From the NCBI GenBank assembly GCA_964597675.1, contig CAZQYV010000002.1, positions 7,532-71,531 on the forward strand: 64,000 nucleotides of DNA, given 5' to 3'. A model generated the notes under the pieces. That model made no database searches, was not told where the DNA came from, and worked only from the letters and a program-made list of their open reading frames with translations. The position numbers were made by a program, and so were the translations under genes. Shown piece after piece: positions 36,608 to 46,647 of this stretch (positions are counted from its first letter, which is position 1; each line of letters starts with the position of its first letter). This stretch comes from an uncultured Candidatus Saccharibacteria bacterium (GTDB lineage: Bacteria > Patescibacteriota > Minisyncoccia > Phycocordibacterales > DATDWN01).

Positions 36608-37753
36608 TTACTCTTTGACTTCTGCCTTCTTGTTTGGATCAACGTATGACAGAGTCATTTTTTGTTCCTTTGGATCAAATAGGGTAATCTTGAATTGGTA
36701 ACTTTTACCAAGCTCGAGTGTGTTGCGAAGTTTCTCTTCACTACCAAACTCTGAAATATGGACGAGACCTGCAATACCTTCTTCTATACTTGCAAGAGCA
36801 CCATGTTTGTTGAATTTAATCACAACACCTGGCACTACATCGTCTTTCTTGTATTTTTTTTCAGCCTCGTGCCATGGATTTTCCTTGAGGGCCTTGATAG
36901 AAAGAGAAATTTTGCCATCCTTGATTTCAATAATCTTGACCTTTACCTTTTCACCGATATGGAAGAGAAGTTTTGGATTTTCAACGAGTGCCCAATCGAT
37001 TTCTGAAATATGTACCAACCCTTCCAATCCTTCCTCGAGTTTAACAAAAACACCAAAGTCCACCATACCCGTTACTTCACCCAAGACTTCATCACCAAGT
37101 GTGTATTTACCAATGATTGAGTCTTTGTTTTTCTGCTCTGGATTTTTCTCCGAGAAGATCAACTTGCCTTCTTTTGGAGATGCACCGATGATTGCTACAG
37201 ATATTTTCTGTCCGACTAGTTTGCGGAGTTCCTCGAGAATTCGGTCTTTATCGCCATCTGCAACACGTGGGTAGTGTTCAGTTTTAAGTTGTGATGCGGG
37301 CAAAAATCCAGAAATACCCTGCCATGTGAGGATAAGTCCTCCCTTGTTTGCTTCTTGCACAGGCAATTCGTAGATTTTTTTGTCTCGAATAGCGTCTTCT
37401 GCTTCACTCCAAATAAGGGCTTGTCGAGCTTCCTTGAGGGAAATTTCGATATAACCGTCTTTGTTTGAAATTGATACGACCTTACCAGCAACACTGTCGC
37501 CAATGTTGATTTTCTTTATAATATCGCGGGCATTGATGTATTCACGACCATAAATAATACCCGTACCAAATGGTGGGATATCAATATAGACTGATGATTT
37601 CTCGATCCCGATTACTTTACCTTCAACCACGTCATCAATTGATGGGGGATTTGCGGTATCGTTCAGTAATTTTGACATTACTGTTTCTTTCTTTGCTCCG
37701 GCAGCAAGAGCAGTCTCTTCTGCAGTTTCAAGAATTTCTTCTTTTGTTGTCAT
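36608..37753 (-). CDS. rpsA: 30S ribosomal protein S1 (4 S1 domains)
   Basis: repeated S1 OB-fold motifs (GKVIGIEKSSVYIDI..., GKVVSISNKDGYIEISLK). Confidence 0.8.
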   Translation of the reverse strand: MTTKEEILETAEETALAAGAKKETVMSKLLNDTANPPSIDDVVEGKVIGIEKSSVYIDIPPFGTGIIYGREYINARDIIKKINIGDSVAGKVVSISNKDGYIEISLKEARQALIWSEAEDAIRDKKIYELPVQEANKGGLILTWQGISGFLPASQLKTEHYPRVADGDKDRILEELRKLVGQKISVAIIGASPKEGKLIFSEKNPEQKNKDSIIGKYTLGDEVLGEVTGMVDFGVFVKLEEGLEGLVHISEIDWALVENPKLLFHIGEKVKVKIIEIKDGKISLSIKALKENPWHEAEKKYKKDDVVPGVVIKFNKHGALASIEEGIAGLVHISEFGSEEKLRNTLELGKSYQFKITLFDPKEQKMTLSYVDPNKKAEVKE

Positions 37754-37829
37754 GTAGTATATGTGTGAAAGGTGGCGTGGCTTCCATTTGAAAATTCTTT
37801 TACAACACAACTTTTCTGGCGCAATCTAT

Positions 37830-37960
37830 CTCGCCCTGCTGGGCGAGCGAACTTCTCGGCCCGTCGGCCTTGTGAAAGGCGCCAGAAAAATTGCTGTTGT
37901 AACGAATTTTCAAATTTCCGAGACCACCTGTTTGGGTGGTTGGGAAGCCAAGTTTAGCAT
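37830..37960. other. GC-rich strongly structured ~130 nt segment in rpsA upstream region (candidate leader/ncRNA)
   Basis: nested inverted repeats ctggcgc...gcgccag, ctcgccc-tgct-gggcgag. Confidence 0.3.
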
Positions 37961-38064
37961 CTCTCACGGCTGTTAATATACAGATTGGTATTATACACTT
38001 TTTTAGCATTTGGGGTACTTGACATAAACACGTGATATGTGTTAGATATAGTATGGAGGAATGA

Positions 38065-38280
38065 ATGATAAAACCCGTAACGAATGTCTTTCCCAAGTAC
38101 ACGGAACCTGCGTTTCAAAACAGTTTTACGGTACCTTCCTGCAAAGGATGTAAGAAATCCTTTGTAGTAACATACAAGCCTGGCAATGGTATGTCGATGA
38201 GTGTGGCTCGACGACGAGTCTATTGTGAAAGTTGTAGACTCAAACAAAACATTGGCAACTGTTCTTTTGGAGAAGAATAA
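38065..38280 (+). CDS. small zinc-ribbon protein (two CxxC pairs)
   Basis: GGAGG RBS 6 nt upstream; CKGCKK ... CESCR; followed by terminator. Confidence 0.5.
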   Translation: MIKPVTNVFPKYTEPAFQNSFTVPSCKGCKKSFVVTYKPGNGMSMSVARRRVYCESCRLKQNIGNCSFGEE

Positions 38281-38296
38281 AAAATCGTTGCATCTT

Positions 38297-38328
38297 GATC
38301 GCCTCACACGGGGCGGTCTTTTTTTTGT
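38297..38328 (+). terminator. rho-independent terminator
   Basis: gatcgcc-tcacacgg-ggcggtc + T8. Confidence 0.7.
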
Positions 38329-38367
38329 CTATTTTGAATTATTTTTACATTCGTATATACTATCGGT

Positions 38368-39003
38368 ATGATTATCACACACCATGGAGCGGATTTTTTT
38401 AAGGTTTCATTTGGGGATACGACCCTAGCGGTTAATCCAATTTCAAAAGATTCGTCACTCAAGGGTGCTCGATTCGGCAGTGATATTACACTCATCTCTC
38501 TCAACAGTCCTGAACATAACGGCAGTGATGTAACTTCTCGTGGAGAAAAGGAGTCTTTTGTTATCAAAGGCCCTGGTGAATATGAAGTCTCTGGTATTTT
38601 TATCAAAGGTTTTCTTTCAAAATCCGGATATGGCGGAGAGGATCGTTTGAACACGATATATACTGTCCAGATGGAAGGCATGAACCTCTGTTTTCTTGGA
38701 GCTATCGGGGATGAGAAAATCGCCCCCGCAGTCAAGGAAGCTATTGATGGCGTGGATATTTTATTTGTCCCGATAGGTGGTAACGGTGTGCTTGACCCAG
38801 CCATTGCGTCAAAATTAGCTGTTCAATTTGAACCAAAACTGATTATTCCAAGTCACTATGGCGAAGTCGGTGATAAAAATGCTCTTAAAACATTTCTCAA
38901 AGAGATTGGCGCAGAAAATGTCTCTCCAGTTGATAAGCTGACAATAAAAAAGAAGGATTTGGATGGCAAAGAGGGCGATGTTGTTGTCTTGGAAGTCGTC
39001 TAG
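38368..39003 (+). CDS. MBL-fold metal-dependent hydrolase (UPF0173-like)
   Basis: MIITHHGADFFKV..., PSHYGEVGD motifs. Confidence 0.65.
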   Translation: MIITHHGADFFKVSFGDTTLAVNPISKDSSLKGARFGSDITLISLNSPEHNGSDVTSRGEKESFVIKGPGEYEVSGIFIKGFLSKSGYGGEDRLNTIYTVQMEGMNLCFLGAIGDEKIAPAVKEAIDGVDILFVPIGGNGVLDPAIASKLAVQFEPKLIIPSHYGEVGDKNALKTFLKEIGAENVSPVDKLTIKKKDLDGKEGDVVVLEVV

Positions 39004-39020
39004 CCACAAATCCCCTGATT

Positions 39021-39383
39021 TTGTGCATTTTTTACAACGCAATCATGATTGATTTTTTTGAACATTTACGTCAAAAACCGGTGCGAGTAAGAAAGCAAAT
39101 TGCATTTTTGTTTTCATTTTTTGTTGTCGGGATAATCGTAGTTGTTTGGTGGACAGTTTGGTATCCAGATATGCGTGATACGAGCACCCGCCAAGCAGTC
39201 GCCTCCGAAAAAACCCCAGGACCATTTTCAGCATTTTTCTCAAACATGTCAGCAGGTGTGGATGTTATTTCTGACCAAGTTAATTCGCTGAAAGATGGGA
39301 CGAAGGAGGTTTTTACAGCGGAACCTATCTATTACGTCGCTCCGACAAGTACACCCTCCACCTCGTCAGTCATTATTCGTTGA
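39021..39383 (+). CDS. hypothetical membrane protein
   Basis: ORF with one TM segment. Confidence 0.35.
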   Translation: MCIFYNAIMIDFFEHLRQKPVRVRKQIAFLFSFFVVGIIVVVWWTVWYPDMRDTSTRQAVASEKTPGPFSAFFSNMSAGVDVISDQVNSLKDGTKEVFTAEPIYYVAPTSTPSTSSVIIR

Positions 39384-39485
39384 ATAAGTTTTACCTCACC
39401 TCGTCTTTTCTAAGGACTATGAGGACACGGCGATAATGCACCTTTTTAGAGACTTCAACCAACCATCAAAAGGATTGTGTGGATA

Positions 39486-39586
39486 CGTCGAGGATGTCTC
39501 TCTTTTGGAGACTTCGCAAGGCGGGTAGCCGAGACTTGAGGAATTTTTCAGCAGAAAAATATCCGTGCTCCAAAAGAGAGACATCG
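39486..39586. repeat. hairpin-forming repeat element copy B (19-bp stem enclosing 41-nt core ttttggagacttcgcaaggcgggtagccgagacttgaggaa)
   Basis: arms cgaggatgtctctcttttggag / ctccaaaagagagacatcgag; core identical (inverted) to 35335-35376. Confidence 0.8.
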
Positions 39587-39670
39587 AGACAAGAGACACA
39601 CAATCCGCTCTTTTCCCCTTTGAATTCCCAACCACTTTATGATATAATAGGGCGTATTCATTAAACTCAA

Positions 39671-42127
39671 ATGGCAAAAAAAGAAATAGAAATTGTTGCT
39701 CCAGAGCGTGTATCAGTTCTCAATCGTGAGATCATGGATGAGATGCGAGAGTCATTTATTGACTACGCTATGTCGGTTATTACTGACCGCGCACTACCAA
39801 ATGTCCGTGATGGCCTAAAGCCAGTTCATCGTCGTATTCTCCATGCCATGAACGAGATGGGTCTTTCTGCTGGTGCCAAAACTCGAAAATCGGCGGCAGT
39901 TGTTGGAGAGGTTTTGGGAAACTACCATCCACATGGCGACGTCGCCGTGTATGATTCGATGGTCAAAATGGCACAGGACTTCACCATGCGTTATCCACTG
40001 ATTGTCGGTCAAGGAAACTTTGGCTCGATCGATGGGGACTCGCCTGCTGCTATGCGTTATACCGAGGCAAAAATGTCCAAACTTGCTGCTGAATTATTGC
40101 GTGATATAGACAAGGAAACAGTAGACTTTGGTCCAAACTATGACGGCACTCGAAAGGAACCAAAAGTATTGCCAACATCAGTACCAAATTTGCTGCTAAA
40201 CGGAACTCTTGGTATTGCTGTGGGTATGGCCACCAATATTCCACCACACAATCTTGGTGAAGTTATTGACGCGGTTGTCCATCTGGTGGACAACAAAGAT
40301 GCTACAACAGATGATCTTTTGCAATTCGTCAAAGGTCCTGATTTTCCTGTTGGAGGTATTGCTTTTAATCAAAAAGATATTGAACATGCATATGCTACTG
40401 GAAAAGGCCCTGTGGTTGTCCGTGGCGTGGCAGAAATTGTCGAAAATAAAGCTGGTCAATTTCAGATTGTCATTACTTCAATTCCATTTAGAGTAAACAA
40501 ATCGGAGTTGATTATTAAGATTGTTGATCTCATAAAAGATAAAAAACTAGAGGGGATCAAGGATATCCGTGATGAGTCCGCAAAAGATATTCGTGTGGTG
40601 ATTGATCTCAAGGGCACGGCTCACCCTCAGACAGTTCTCAATTATTTGTATAAACACACTCAACTCGAAGACACATTTCACTACAACATGGTTGCGCTGG
40701 TCAACGGTGTACCAGAGACGCTTTCACTAAAAGGCGTTTTAGAAGAGTTTATTCTCCACCGCAAGGAGGTCATTCGCCGACGGACAGAGTTTGATTTGAA
40801 AAAAGCACTCGAGCGTGAACATATTTTGCTTGGTTTGAAAAAAGCACTCGATCATATTGATCAGATAATTAAATTAATTCGAGCATCAAAAGATACCAGC
40901 GAGGCACATCGAAATTTAATGAAAGATTTCAAGTTTTCTGCCATTCAAGCAACAGCTATTTTGGAAATGAAACTCCAGCGACTGGCAGGTCTCGAGCGCA
41001 AGAAAATAGAGGATGAATTAAAATCCGTACAAGAACTGATCGAAGTCTTGAAGGCGATTTTGGCTAACCCAAAGAAACTTTTGAGTATTATTAAAGATGA
41101 GTGTAAAGAAATAAAAGAAAAATTTGGCGATGAGCGTCGGACTCGAATAATAAAAGGGGGCGCACAGGTGCTTTCTGTCGAGGATTTGATTCCAGATGAG
41201 GAAAATGCGTTAGTATTGACTGCCGGAGGGTATATAAAACGTACTAACCCGGATGAATTTCGTAAACAAAAACGTGGCGGAGTCGGCGTGGTGGATTTGG
41301 ATACAAAGGAGGAGGACTTTGTCACTCATCTTTTGATTGCCTCGACTCACAGTGATCTTTTGTTCTTTACGGACAAAGGCAAGGCATATCAAACCAAAAT
41401 GTATGATATTCCCGAGGGGCGCAGGGCGACTCGTGGTAAATCAGTCATGAACTTTTTGCCATTATCTGAAGGGGAGAAAATTACATCTATTTTGCCAATG
41501 ACAAAAGAGGTCAAAAAATCTGACTCTTCTCTAATGATGGTCACAAAACATGGCGTTGCCAAGAAATGTAGTGCTGCAAGTTTCCATGATGTTCGTATAT
41601 CAGGTATTATCGCTATAAAACTCGATGCGGGAGATTCTTTGATATCTGCATCATTTGTTACTAAAAAAGACACCATGATTGTGGTCACAGAGAAAGGTCA
41701 GTCTATTCATTTCAAAGAGACAGATATTCGTGAAATGGGACGTACTGCAATGGGTGTTCGTGGAATCAAACTTGGCAAAGGCGACGAGGTTATTGCTGCA
41801 GAGGCGGTACTAAACGCATGGGACAATGCGACACTTATGGTTATTTCTGAACATGGATATGGTAAACAGACCGATATAGACGAATATAAAATACAAAATC
41901 GCGGGGGATCCGGTATTAAAACAGCAAACGTGACCGCAAAGACCGGCAAACTCATTTCAGCAAAAGTTTTTGAAAGTGATGAAGCAGAAGTGGTGGCTAT
42001 TTCTAAAAAATCACAGGTCATTCGTGTAGACGCAAAAGAAATTCCAGTTCTCGGTCGGCAGACACAGGGCGTGCGTATTATGAAACTCCGCGAAGGTGAT
42101 TCAATTGCCTCCCTTATCTGTTTATAA
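39671..42127 (+). CDS. gyrA: DNA gyrase subunit A
   Basis: [32 protein letters not shown]-terminal beta-pinwheel repeats. Confidence 0.9.
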   Translation: MAKKEIEIVAPERVSVLNREIMDEMRESFIDYAMSVITDRALPNVRDGLKPVHRRILHAMNEMGLSAGAKTRKSAAVVGEVLGNYHPHGDVAVYDSMVKMAQDFTMRYPLIVGQGNFGSIDGDSPAAMRYTEAKMSKLAAELLRDIDKETVDFGPNYDGTRKEPKVLPTSVPNLLLNGTLGIAVGMATNIPPHNLGEVIDAVVHLVDNKDATTDDLLQFVKGPDFPVGGIAFNQKDIEHAYATGKGPVVVRGVAEIVENKAGQFQIVITSIPFRVNKSELIIKIVDLIKDKKLEGIKDIRDESAKDIRVVIDLKGTAHPQTVLNYLYKHTQLEDTFHYNMVALVNGVPETLSLKGVLEEFILHRKEVIRRRTEFDLKKALEREHILLGLKKALDHIDQIIKLIRASKDTSEAHRNLMKDFKFSAIQATAILEMKLQRLAGLERKKIEDELKSVQELIEVLKAILANPKKLLSIIKDECKEIKEKFGDERRTRIIKGGAQVLSVEDLIPDEENALVLTAGGYIKRTNPDEFRKQKRGGVGVVDLDTKEEDFVTHLLIASTHSDLLFFTDKGKAYQTKMYDIPEGRRATRGKSVMNFLPLSEGEKITSILPMTKEVKKSDSSLMMVTKHGVAKKCSAASFHDVRISGIIAIKLDAGDSLISASFVTKKDTMIVVTEKGQSIHFKETDIREMGRTAMGVRGIKLGKGDEVIAAEAVLNAWDNATLMVISEHGYGKQTDIDEYKIQNRGGSGIKTANVTAKTGKLISAKVFESDEAEVVAISKKSQVIRVDAKEIPVLGRQTQGVRIMKLREGDSIASLICL

Positions 42128-42132
42128 AAGGT

Positions 42133-42270
42133 ATTAAACCCCAGGGCAAGCTCTGGACACGTAAAGAACTCGCAGAGCTCGTCCTTTACCTCGGCAAGCC
42201 GAGGGGTTTTAAACCTTTTTTCGCTCTCCTCGGCTCGGTAGTGAAAGTGATTACACTTTCACTACTCTCA
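42133..42270 (+). terminator. compound hairpin/terminator region after gyrA
   Basis: aaacccc...ggggttttaaacc + T6; second 10-bp hairpin agtgaaagtg-attac-actttcact. Confidence 0.5.
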
Positions 42271-42343
42271 CTCTATGTCGGCGATAAATAGATTTCCACC
42301 ATTTCTATTTCCTAGTTTAGTTTTTTCATACTATAATATAAGT

Positions 42344-42871
42344 ATGTTTTCTGATCCTCAAAAAAATATCGAACAGTGTGGAATACAAGCAGGTATGGAA
42401 ATTGCTGATTTTGGTTCTGGATCCGGGCATTATACTATTGCAGCTGCCAAGGCGCTTGTTTCTACCGGACACGTCTACGCTATTGATGCTCAAAAGGATC
42501 TCCTAACAAAACTGAAAAATCACGTTACCCGTGATGGCCTCTACAATATAGAGGTTGTTTGGGGTGATATTGAAAAAGTAGGCGGAACACATCTTCATGA
42601 TGGTATGATCGATCTGGTTTTATTGTCCAACATTCTTTTTCAAGTCGAAAATAAGCAAGGGGTTTTGGAAGAAGTAAAACGAATATTAAAACCGGCTGGC
42701 CGAGTGCTAGTTGTCGATTGGTCAGAATCATTTGGTGGCATTGGTCCGCACGCGGATATGGTGGTCAAAAAAGACACAGTTATGGATTTGTTTGAACACA
42801 ACGGCTTTCACTTGGATCGAGAAATTTCGGCAGGGTCACACCACTATGGCATGATTTACAAAAAATTATGA
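42344..42871 (+). CDS. class I SAM-dependent methyltransferase
   Basis: EIADFGSGSGHYT motif I; ORF track start 42275, Met after TATAAT chosen. Confidence 0.65.
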   Translation: MFSDPQKNIEQCGIQAGMEIADFGSGSGHYTIAAAKALVSTGHVYAIDAQKDLLTKLKNHVTRDGLYNIEVVWGDIEKVGGTHLHDGMIDLVLLSNILFQVENKQGVLEEVKRILKPAGRVLVVDWSESFGGIGPHADMVVKKDTVMDLFEHNGFHLDREISAGSHHYGMIYKKL

Positions 42872-44151
42872 CAAATTTCAAAATTGCTATTGTAACGATT
42901 TTTACGCTTGGACTAGTTATTGGTATTGCTATTTTTGCCTTATCCAAGGCAAACAGTACACCGGTGGCACAGGTTGTGGTCTGGGGAACAATACCAGACG
43001 ATGCATTTTCTGTCGCATACAAAAATTCGACACTTCCAAAAAATAAATCTGTTTCAGTCCGATATGTTCGCAAGGATAAAGCAGATTTCGATGCAGATTT
43101 CGTCGAGGCATTGGCCTCTGGCACTGGACCAGACGTGGTTATATTGCGAGAAGACTCTATGTTCAAGCATCGTAACAAGTTTTTGATGATTCCGTACAAG
43201 AGTTATCCAGAGCGCAATTTTAAAGACACATTTATCGAAGGTGGTGAGATTTTTTTGAGTACCGATGGTATACAGGCCTTGCCTCTTATGATTGATCCGA
43301 TGGTTATGTATTGGAATCGAGACATGTTTACAACCAACCTTATTTCACAGCCACCACAGTATTGGGATGATGTGTTGCGTTTGGTACCTACACTGACACG
43401 CAAGGACAAAAGCGGAAATATTATGCAAAGCATGCTCTCTTTTGGTGAATGGCGAAATGTAGCAAATGCAAAGGAAATTCTGGCAACACTTTTGTTGCAA
43501 GGAGGTACGCCAATCATTTCATACAACAAGTCCTACTATACATCTGTACTTGATTCACAACTCAATTACCCAATTGCTCCCGGACAGTCTGCACTTAATT
43601 TTTATACTCAATTTTCCAATCCAACCGCTGCTATGTACACATGGAATCGCTCCTTACCTTCATCACTCAACTTTTTCCTATCCGGCAACTTGGCCACATA
43701 TTTTGGTTTTGCTAGCGAGTTGTTTTCAATCCAACAGAAAAATCCAAACCTCAATTTCGACGTGACATACATGCCACAGGCACGTCAGGCAACCAAGAAA
43801 ATCGTCTTTGCTCATATGTACGGACTGGCCATAACAAAGCAATCCAAGTCCATTGCAGGGGCATTTGCGACCATTTTGGGCTTGACTGAGCCATCGTCAC
43901 TTACTGCTCTCGAGACCATGACCAACCTGCCTCCTGTCCGTCGGGATCTGCTTGCTGCAAAGCCGACTGATGCATACCGAACCGTTTTCTATAATTCTGC
44001 GTTGTATGGCAAAGCATGGACCGATCCAGACCCACAAGCGACGTCAGAAATTTTCAAAGAAATGGTAGAGTCTGTAACAAGTGGTCGTGCGCGCGTGACA
44101 GAGGCACTCGGACGTGCGAGTCAATTGTTAAGTACGTTTTTAACACAATAA
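42868..44151 (+). CDS. membrane-anchored extracellular solute-binding-protein-like protein (SBP family 1 fold), orphan
   Basis: N-terminal TM; ASGTGPDVVIL, LMIDPMVMYWNRDMF blocks. Confidence 0.45.
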   Translation: MTNFKIAIVTIFTLGLVIGIAIFALSKANSTPVAQVVVWGTIPDDAFSVAYKNSTLPKNKSVSVRYVRKDKADFDADFVEALASGTGPDVVILREDSMFKHRNKFLMIPYKSYPERNFKDTFIEGGEIFLSTDGIQALPLMIDPMVMYWNRDMFTTNLISQPPQYWDDVLRLVPTLTRKDKSGNIMQSMLSFGEWRNVANAKEILATLLLQGGTPIISYNKSYYTSVLDSQLNYPIAPGQSALNFYTQFSNPTAAMYTWNRSLPSSLNFFLSGNLATYFGFASELFSIQQKNPNLNFDVTYMPQARQATKKIVFAHMYGLAITKQSKSIAGAFATILGLTEPSSLTALETMTNLPPVRRDLLAAKPTDAYRTVFYNSALYGKAWTDPDPQATSEIFKEMVESVTSGRARVTEALGRASQLLSTFLTQ

Positions 44152-44152
44152 T

Positions 44153-44599
44153 ATGATGAAACGAATCATGCGATATGTTGGGGTTACATTATTTATTTTT
44201 TTATTATTGGGTAGTTTTGCATCAGCACAAATAAATGATAATAATACAACATCAAGTACTATGTCAGATGGACCTCATACAAATGGTATCGTGACAACAT
44301 GTTGGAAAGGGGGGAAACCAATACCATGTGAGAAATTTAGTGATCTAATTATTGCAATACAAAATACAATCAATTTTGGAGTGAAATTTGCATTAGCATT
44401 TTCTGTAGTGCCGATTGCTATTGCCGGCTTTCTATACCTTCGATCGGGGGATAATCCGGGAGACAGAACAAAAGCAAACAATATGCTAAAAAATGTTGCA
44501 ATTGGTATTGTGGTCATGCTTGCGGCATGGCTTATAGTCAACTTGATTACAAATTCATTAGTTACAGATGAGGTTAAAAAAGGATTCTTTCCAATTTAA
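44153..44599 (+). CDS. VirB2/TrbC-like pilin paralog A (signal peptide, Cys pair, two hydrophobic helices)
   Basis: signal peptide ...SFASAQ; AQINDNNTT; helix-GDNPG loop-helix. Confidence 0.5.
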   Translation: MMKRIMRYVGVTLFIFLLLGSFASAQINDNNTTSSTMSDGPHTNGIVTTCWKGGKPIPCEKFSDLIIAIQNTINFGVKFALAFSVVPIAIAGFLYLRSGDNPGDRTKANNMLKNVAIGIVVMLAAWLIVNLITNSLVTDEVKKGFFPI

Positions 44600-44610
44600 T
44601 TTAACATTTT

Positions 44611-45012
44611 ATGAAGAAAATAATTATATTCAGTGTACTGCTCATATCTATAATGTTTCCGCTGTTTTCATATGCGCAGATAAATGATAACAATACAACA
44701 AATACAGGCACTAGTATTAATTTGAAAATACCCAATCCTCTCAAGTGTAATACAACAGACAACAGCAAATGTACCTTATTCGATCTTATTGCAACAATTC
44801 TCAATAAAATAGTTATGCCGATTATGGGTGTACTCGTTGTACTCTACATTATTTATGCAGGGTTTAAATACGTCCAAGCCCAAGGCAATCCAGCAGCAAT
44901 TTCAAAAGCAAATGATAATCTAAAATATGCACTGATAGGAGCAGGTATTCTTTTGGCTGCAGCAGGCATATCGCAGGTCGTTCAAAACACTGTTACTAAA
45001 CTTCTTGAATAA
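44611..45012 (+). CDS. VirB2/TrbC-like pilin paralog B
   Basis: SYAQINDNNTT shared with A; helix-QGNP loop-helix. Confidence 0.5.
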   Translation: MKKIIIFSVLLISIMFPLFSYAQINDNNTTNTGTSINLKIPNPLKCNTTDNSKCTLFDLIATILNKIVMPIMGVLVVLYIIYAGFKYVQAQGNPAAISKANDNLKYALIGAGILLAAAGISQVVQNTVTKLLE

Positions 45013-45418
45013 TATGTCACGCACCTCACGAATCATTATCACATCAATTTTTATACTGCCAATGGTAGTATATGGTCTTGAATTCAATCTATCCGCTTCG
45101 ACTTTTGCTGGCATTATTACGTATGTACTAAGTATACTCAATCTCCTTATCCCAATTCTCGTTGCGCTTGCTCTTATATTTTTCTTTTGGGGGTTATCCA
45201 GATTTGTTATTAGCGCCGGCAATGAATCCGAGTTAAAAAAAGGCAAAAACTATATGATGTGGGGGATTTTGGCACTTTTCATACTCTTTTCATACAGCGC
45301 GATCATTTCGATTTTTGCAAAAGATTTGGAGATTGGCGACACATCATCGTATCCATTTTTACCAGAAGGAGATGGTAGTAGTAACAGTCAAAAACCCGGT
45401 TTTCCTAGTTTAAATTAA
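45005..45418 (+). CDS. VirB2/TrbC-like pilin paralog C
   Basis: FFFWG...GNE...MWGILALFILFSY. Confidence 0.5.
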   Translation: MNNMSRTSRIIITSIFILPMVVYGLEFNLSASTFAGIITYVLSILNLLIPILVALALIFFFWGLSRFVISAGNESELKKGKNYMMWGILALFILFSYSAIISIFAKDLEIGDTSSYPFLPEGDGSSNSQKPGFPSLN

Positions 45419-45423
45419 TTAAT

Positions 45424-45843
45424 ATGAAAAAATATACATTATATACTTTATATGCGTCAGCTGTATTTCCACTCATTTCATTTGCAGCACTCGATGGAGT
45501 TCGTGGGTTTCTGACAAGTGCAAAAAGTCTCATTAATTTGTTACTTGGTGTTGTTTTTGGTCTTGCTGTACTTTTCTTTTTCTGGGGAATTGCACAATTT
45601 ATTCTCAATGATTCCGGTAACGAAAAGACGCGAGCAGAAGGGAAGACAAAGATAGTTTGGGGTATTATCGCATTGTTTATTATGGTTTCTATATACGGAA
45701 TCTTGGCTATGATTGGAGGATTACTTGGTGTCGAGACACGAGTTACACCAGGAAGTGGCACGGGTAGTAGCAGTGGTGGTGACAGTGCAGGCATTCCACC
45801 GCCTGCATTTACAACAGATTGTAACAGTCCAGAAGGGTGTTAG
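45424..45843 (+). CDS. VirB2/TrbC-like pilin paralog D (Gly/Ser-rich C-tail)
   Basis: FFFWG...GNE...IVWGIIALFIMVSIYG. Confidence 0.5.
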   Translation: MKKYTLYTLYASAVFPLISFAALDGVRGFLTSAKSLINLLLGVVFGLAVLFFFWGIAQFILNDSGNEKTRAEGKTKIVWGIIALFIMVSIYGILAMIGGLLGVETRVTPGSGTGSSSGGDSAGIPPPAFTTDCNSPEGC

Positions 45844-45926
45844 TATATCCACACCCTCTTTGCTTCAAAGCATTTTTATAGTATGATTTATGTATAGCAT
45901 TAATTTATAAGTAATTTAGTAACACA

Positions 45927-46280
45927 ATGAAAAAAGTTATTTACACAGCGTTATCTTTTGGTCCAGTACTCGCTCTTGCACAGACTGCTCCAAACCTTAG
46001 TGGTATTTCATCATTGATTACCAGTATCGGCAATATTATCAAGCAGTTGATACCTATATTTTTTGCAATCGCTATTGTCTATTTCTTCTGGGGACTTGTA
46101 CAGTACATACGTGCTGCAGGAGATCCAAAAGCTGCAGAACAAGGAAAGAGTCATATGATTTGGGGTTTGATTGCTCTCTTTATTATGGTATCAGTATACG
46201 GATTGATCGGTTGGATTGGTGGCGCACTTGGTGTAAATCAGGGCGGTACAGTTAACCTACCGACAGTTAATATTCAATAG
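45927..46280 (+). CDS. VirB2/TrbC-like pilin paralog E
   Basis: signal ALAQTA; YFFWG...GDP...MIWGLIALFIMVSVYG. Confidence 0.5.
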   Translation: MKKVIYTALSFGPVLALAQTAPNLSGISSLITSIGNIIKQLIPIFFAIAIVYFFWGLVQYIRAAGDPKAAEQGKSHMIWGLIALFIMVSVYGLIGWIGGALGVNQGGTVNLPTVNIQ

Positions 46281-46284
46281 GGTA

Positions 46285-46563
46285 ATGACCATCATTCCTT
46301 TTCTCAACAAATTTAATCGGCTGATTTTAAACCCACTGATTATCTTGTTGTTCACACTTGCGACCGTTTACTTTATTTACGGCATTGTTAAGTTTCTTTC
46401 TCTACAAGAAGGGGACCCTGCACGTAAAGAAGCAAAGAATGCGCTTCTGTGGGGGATGTTTGGAATGCTAATCATGTTTTCTGTTTACGGTCTTATCCGC
46501 TTTGTCCTCGCTACGTTCGGAGTATCAGGCGACCCGACAGGATACATATTTCCTAACGGTTAA
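46285..46563 (+). CDS. VirB2/TrbC-like pilin paralog F
   Basis: YFIYG...GDP...LLWGMFGMLIMFSVYG. Confidence 0.5.
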   Translation: MTIIPFLNKFNRLILNPLIILLFTLATVYFIYGIVKFLSLQEGDPARKEAKNALLWGMFGMLIMFSVYGLIRFVLATFGVSGDPTGYIFPNG

Positions 46564-46571
46564 ACAAAAAA

Positions 46572-46634
46572 CACTCTGCCTCGGCAGGGTGTTTTTGTAA
46601 CAAAAATCGCGGGGCCCATATGAGCCCCGCGAGG
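46572..46634. terminator. two convergent hairpin terminators (pilin array / transglycosylase)
   Basis: acactctgcc-tcgg-cagggtgttttt ; cgcggggc-ccatatga-gccccgcg. Confidence 0.6.
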
Positions 46635-46647
46635 GTGTGGAGTGACT

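Noticed and set aside
36037-36618. 193-aa ORF in alternative frame overlapping 35979..36494 and rpsA 3' end
   Set aside because: Trp-rich, low-complexity translation without motifs; the overlapping Cys-rich frame with a zinc ribbon is more protein-like, though neither is certain.
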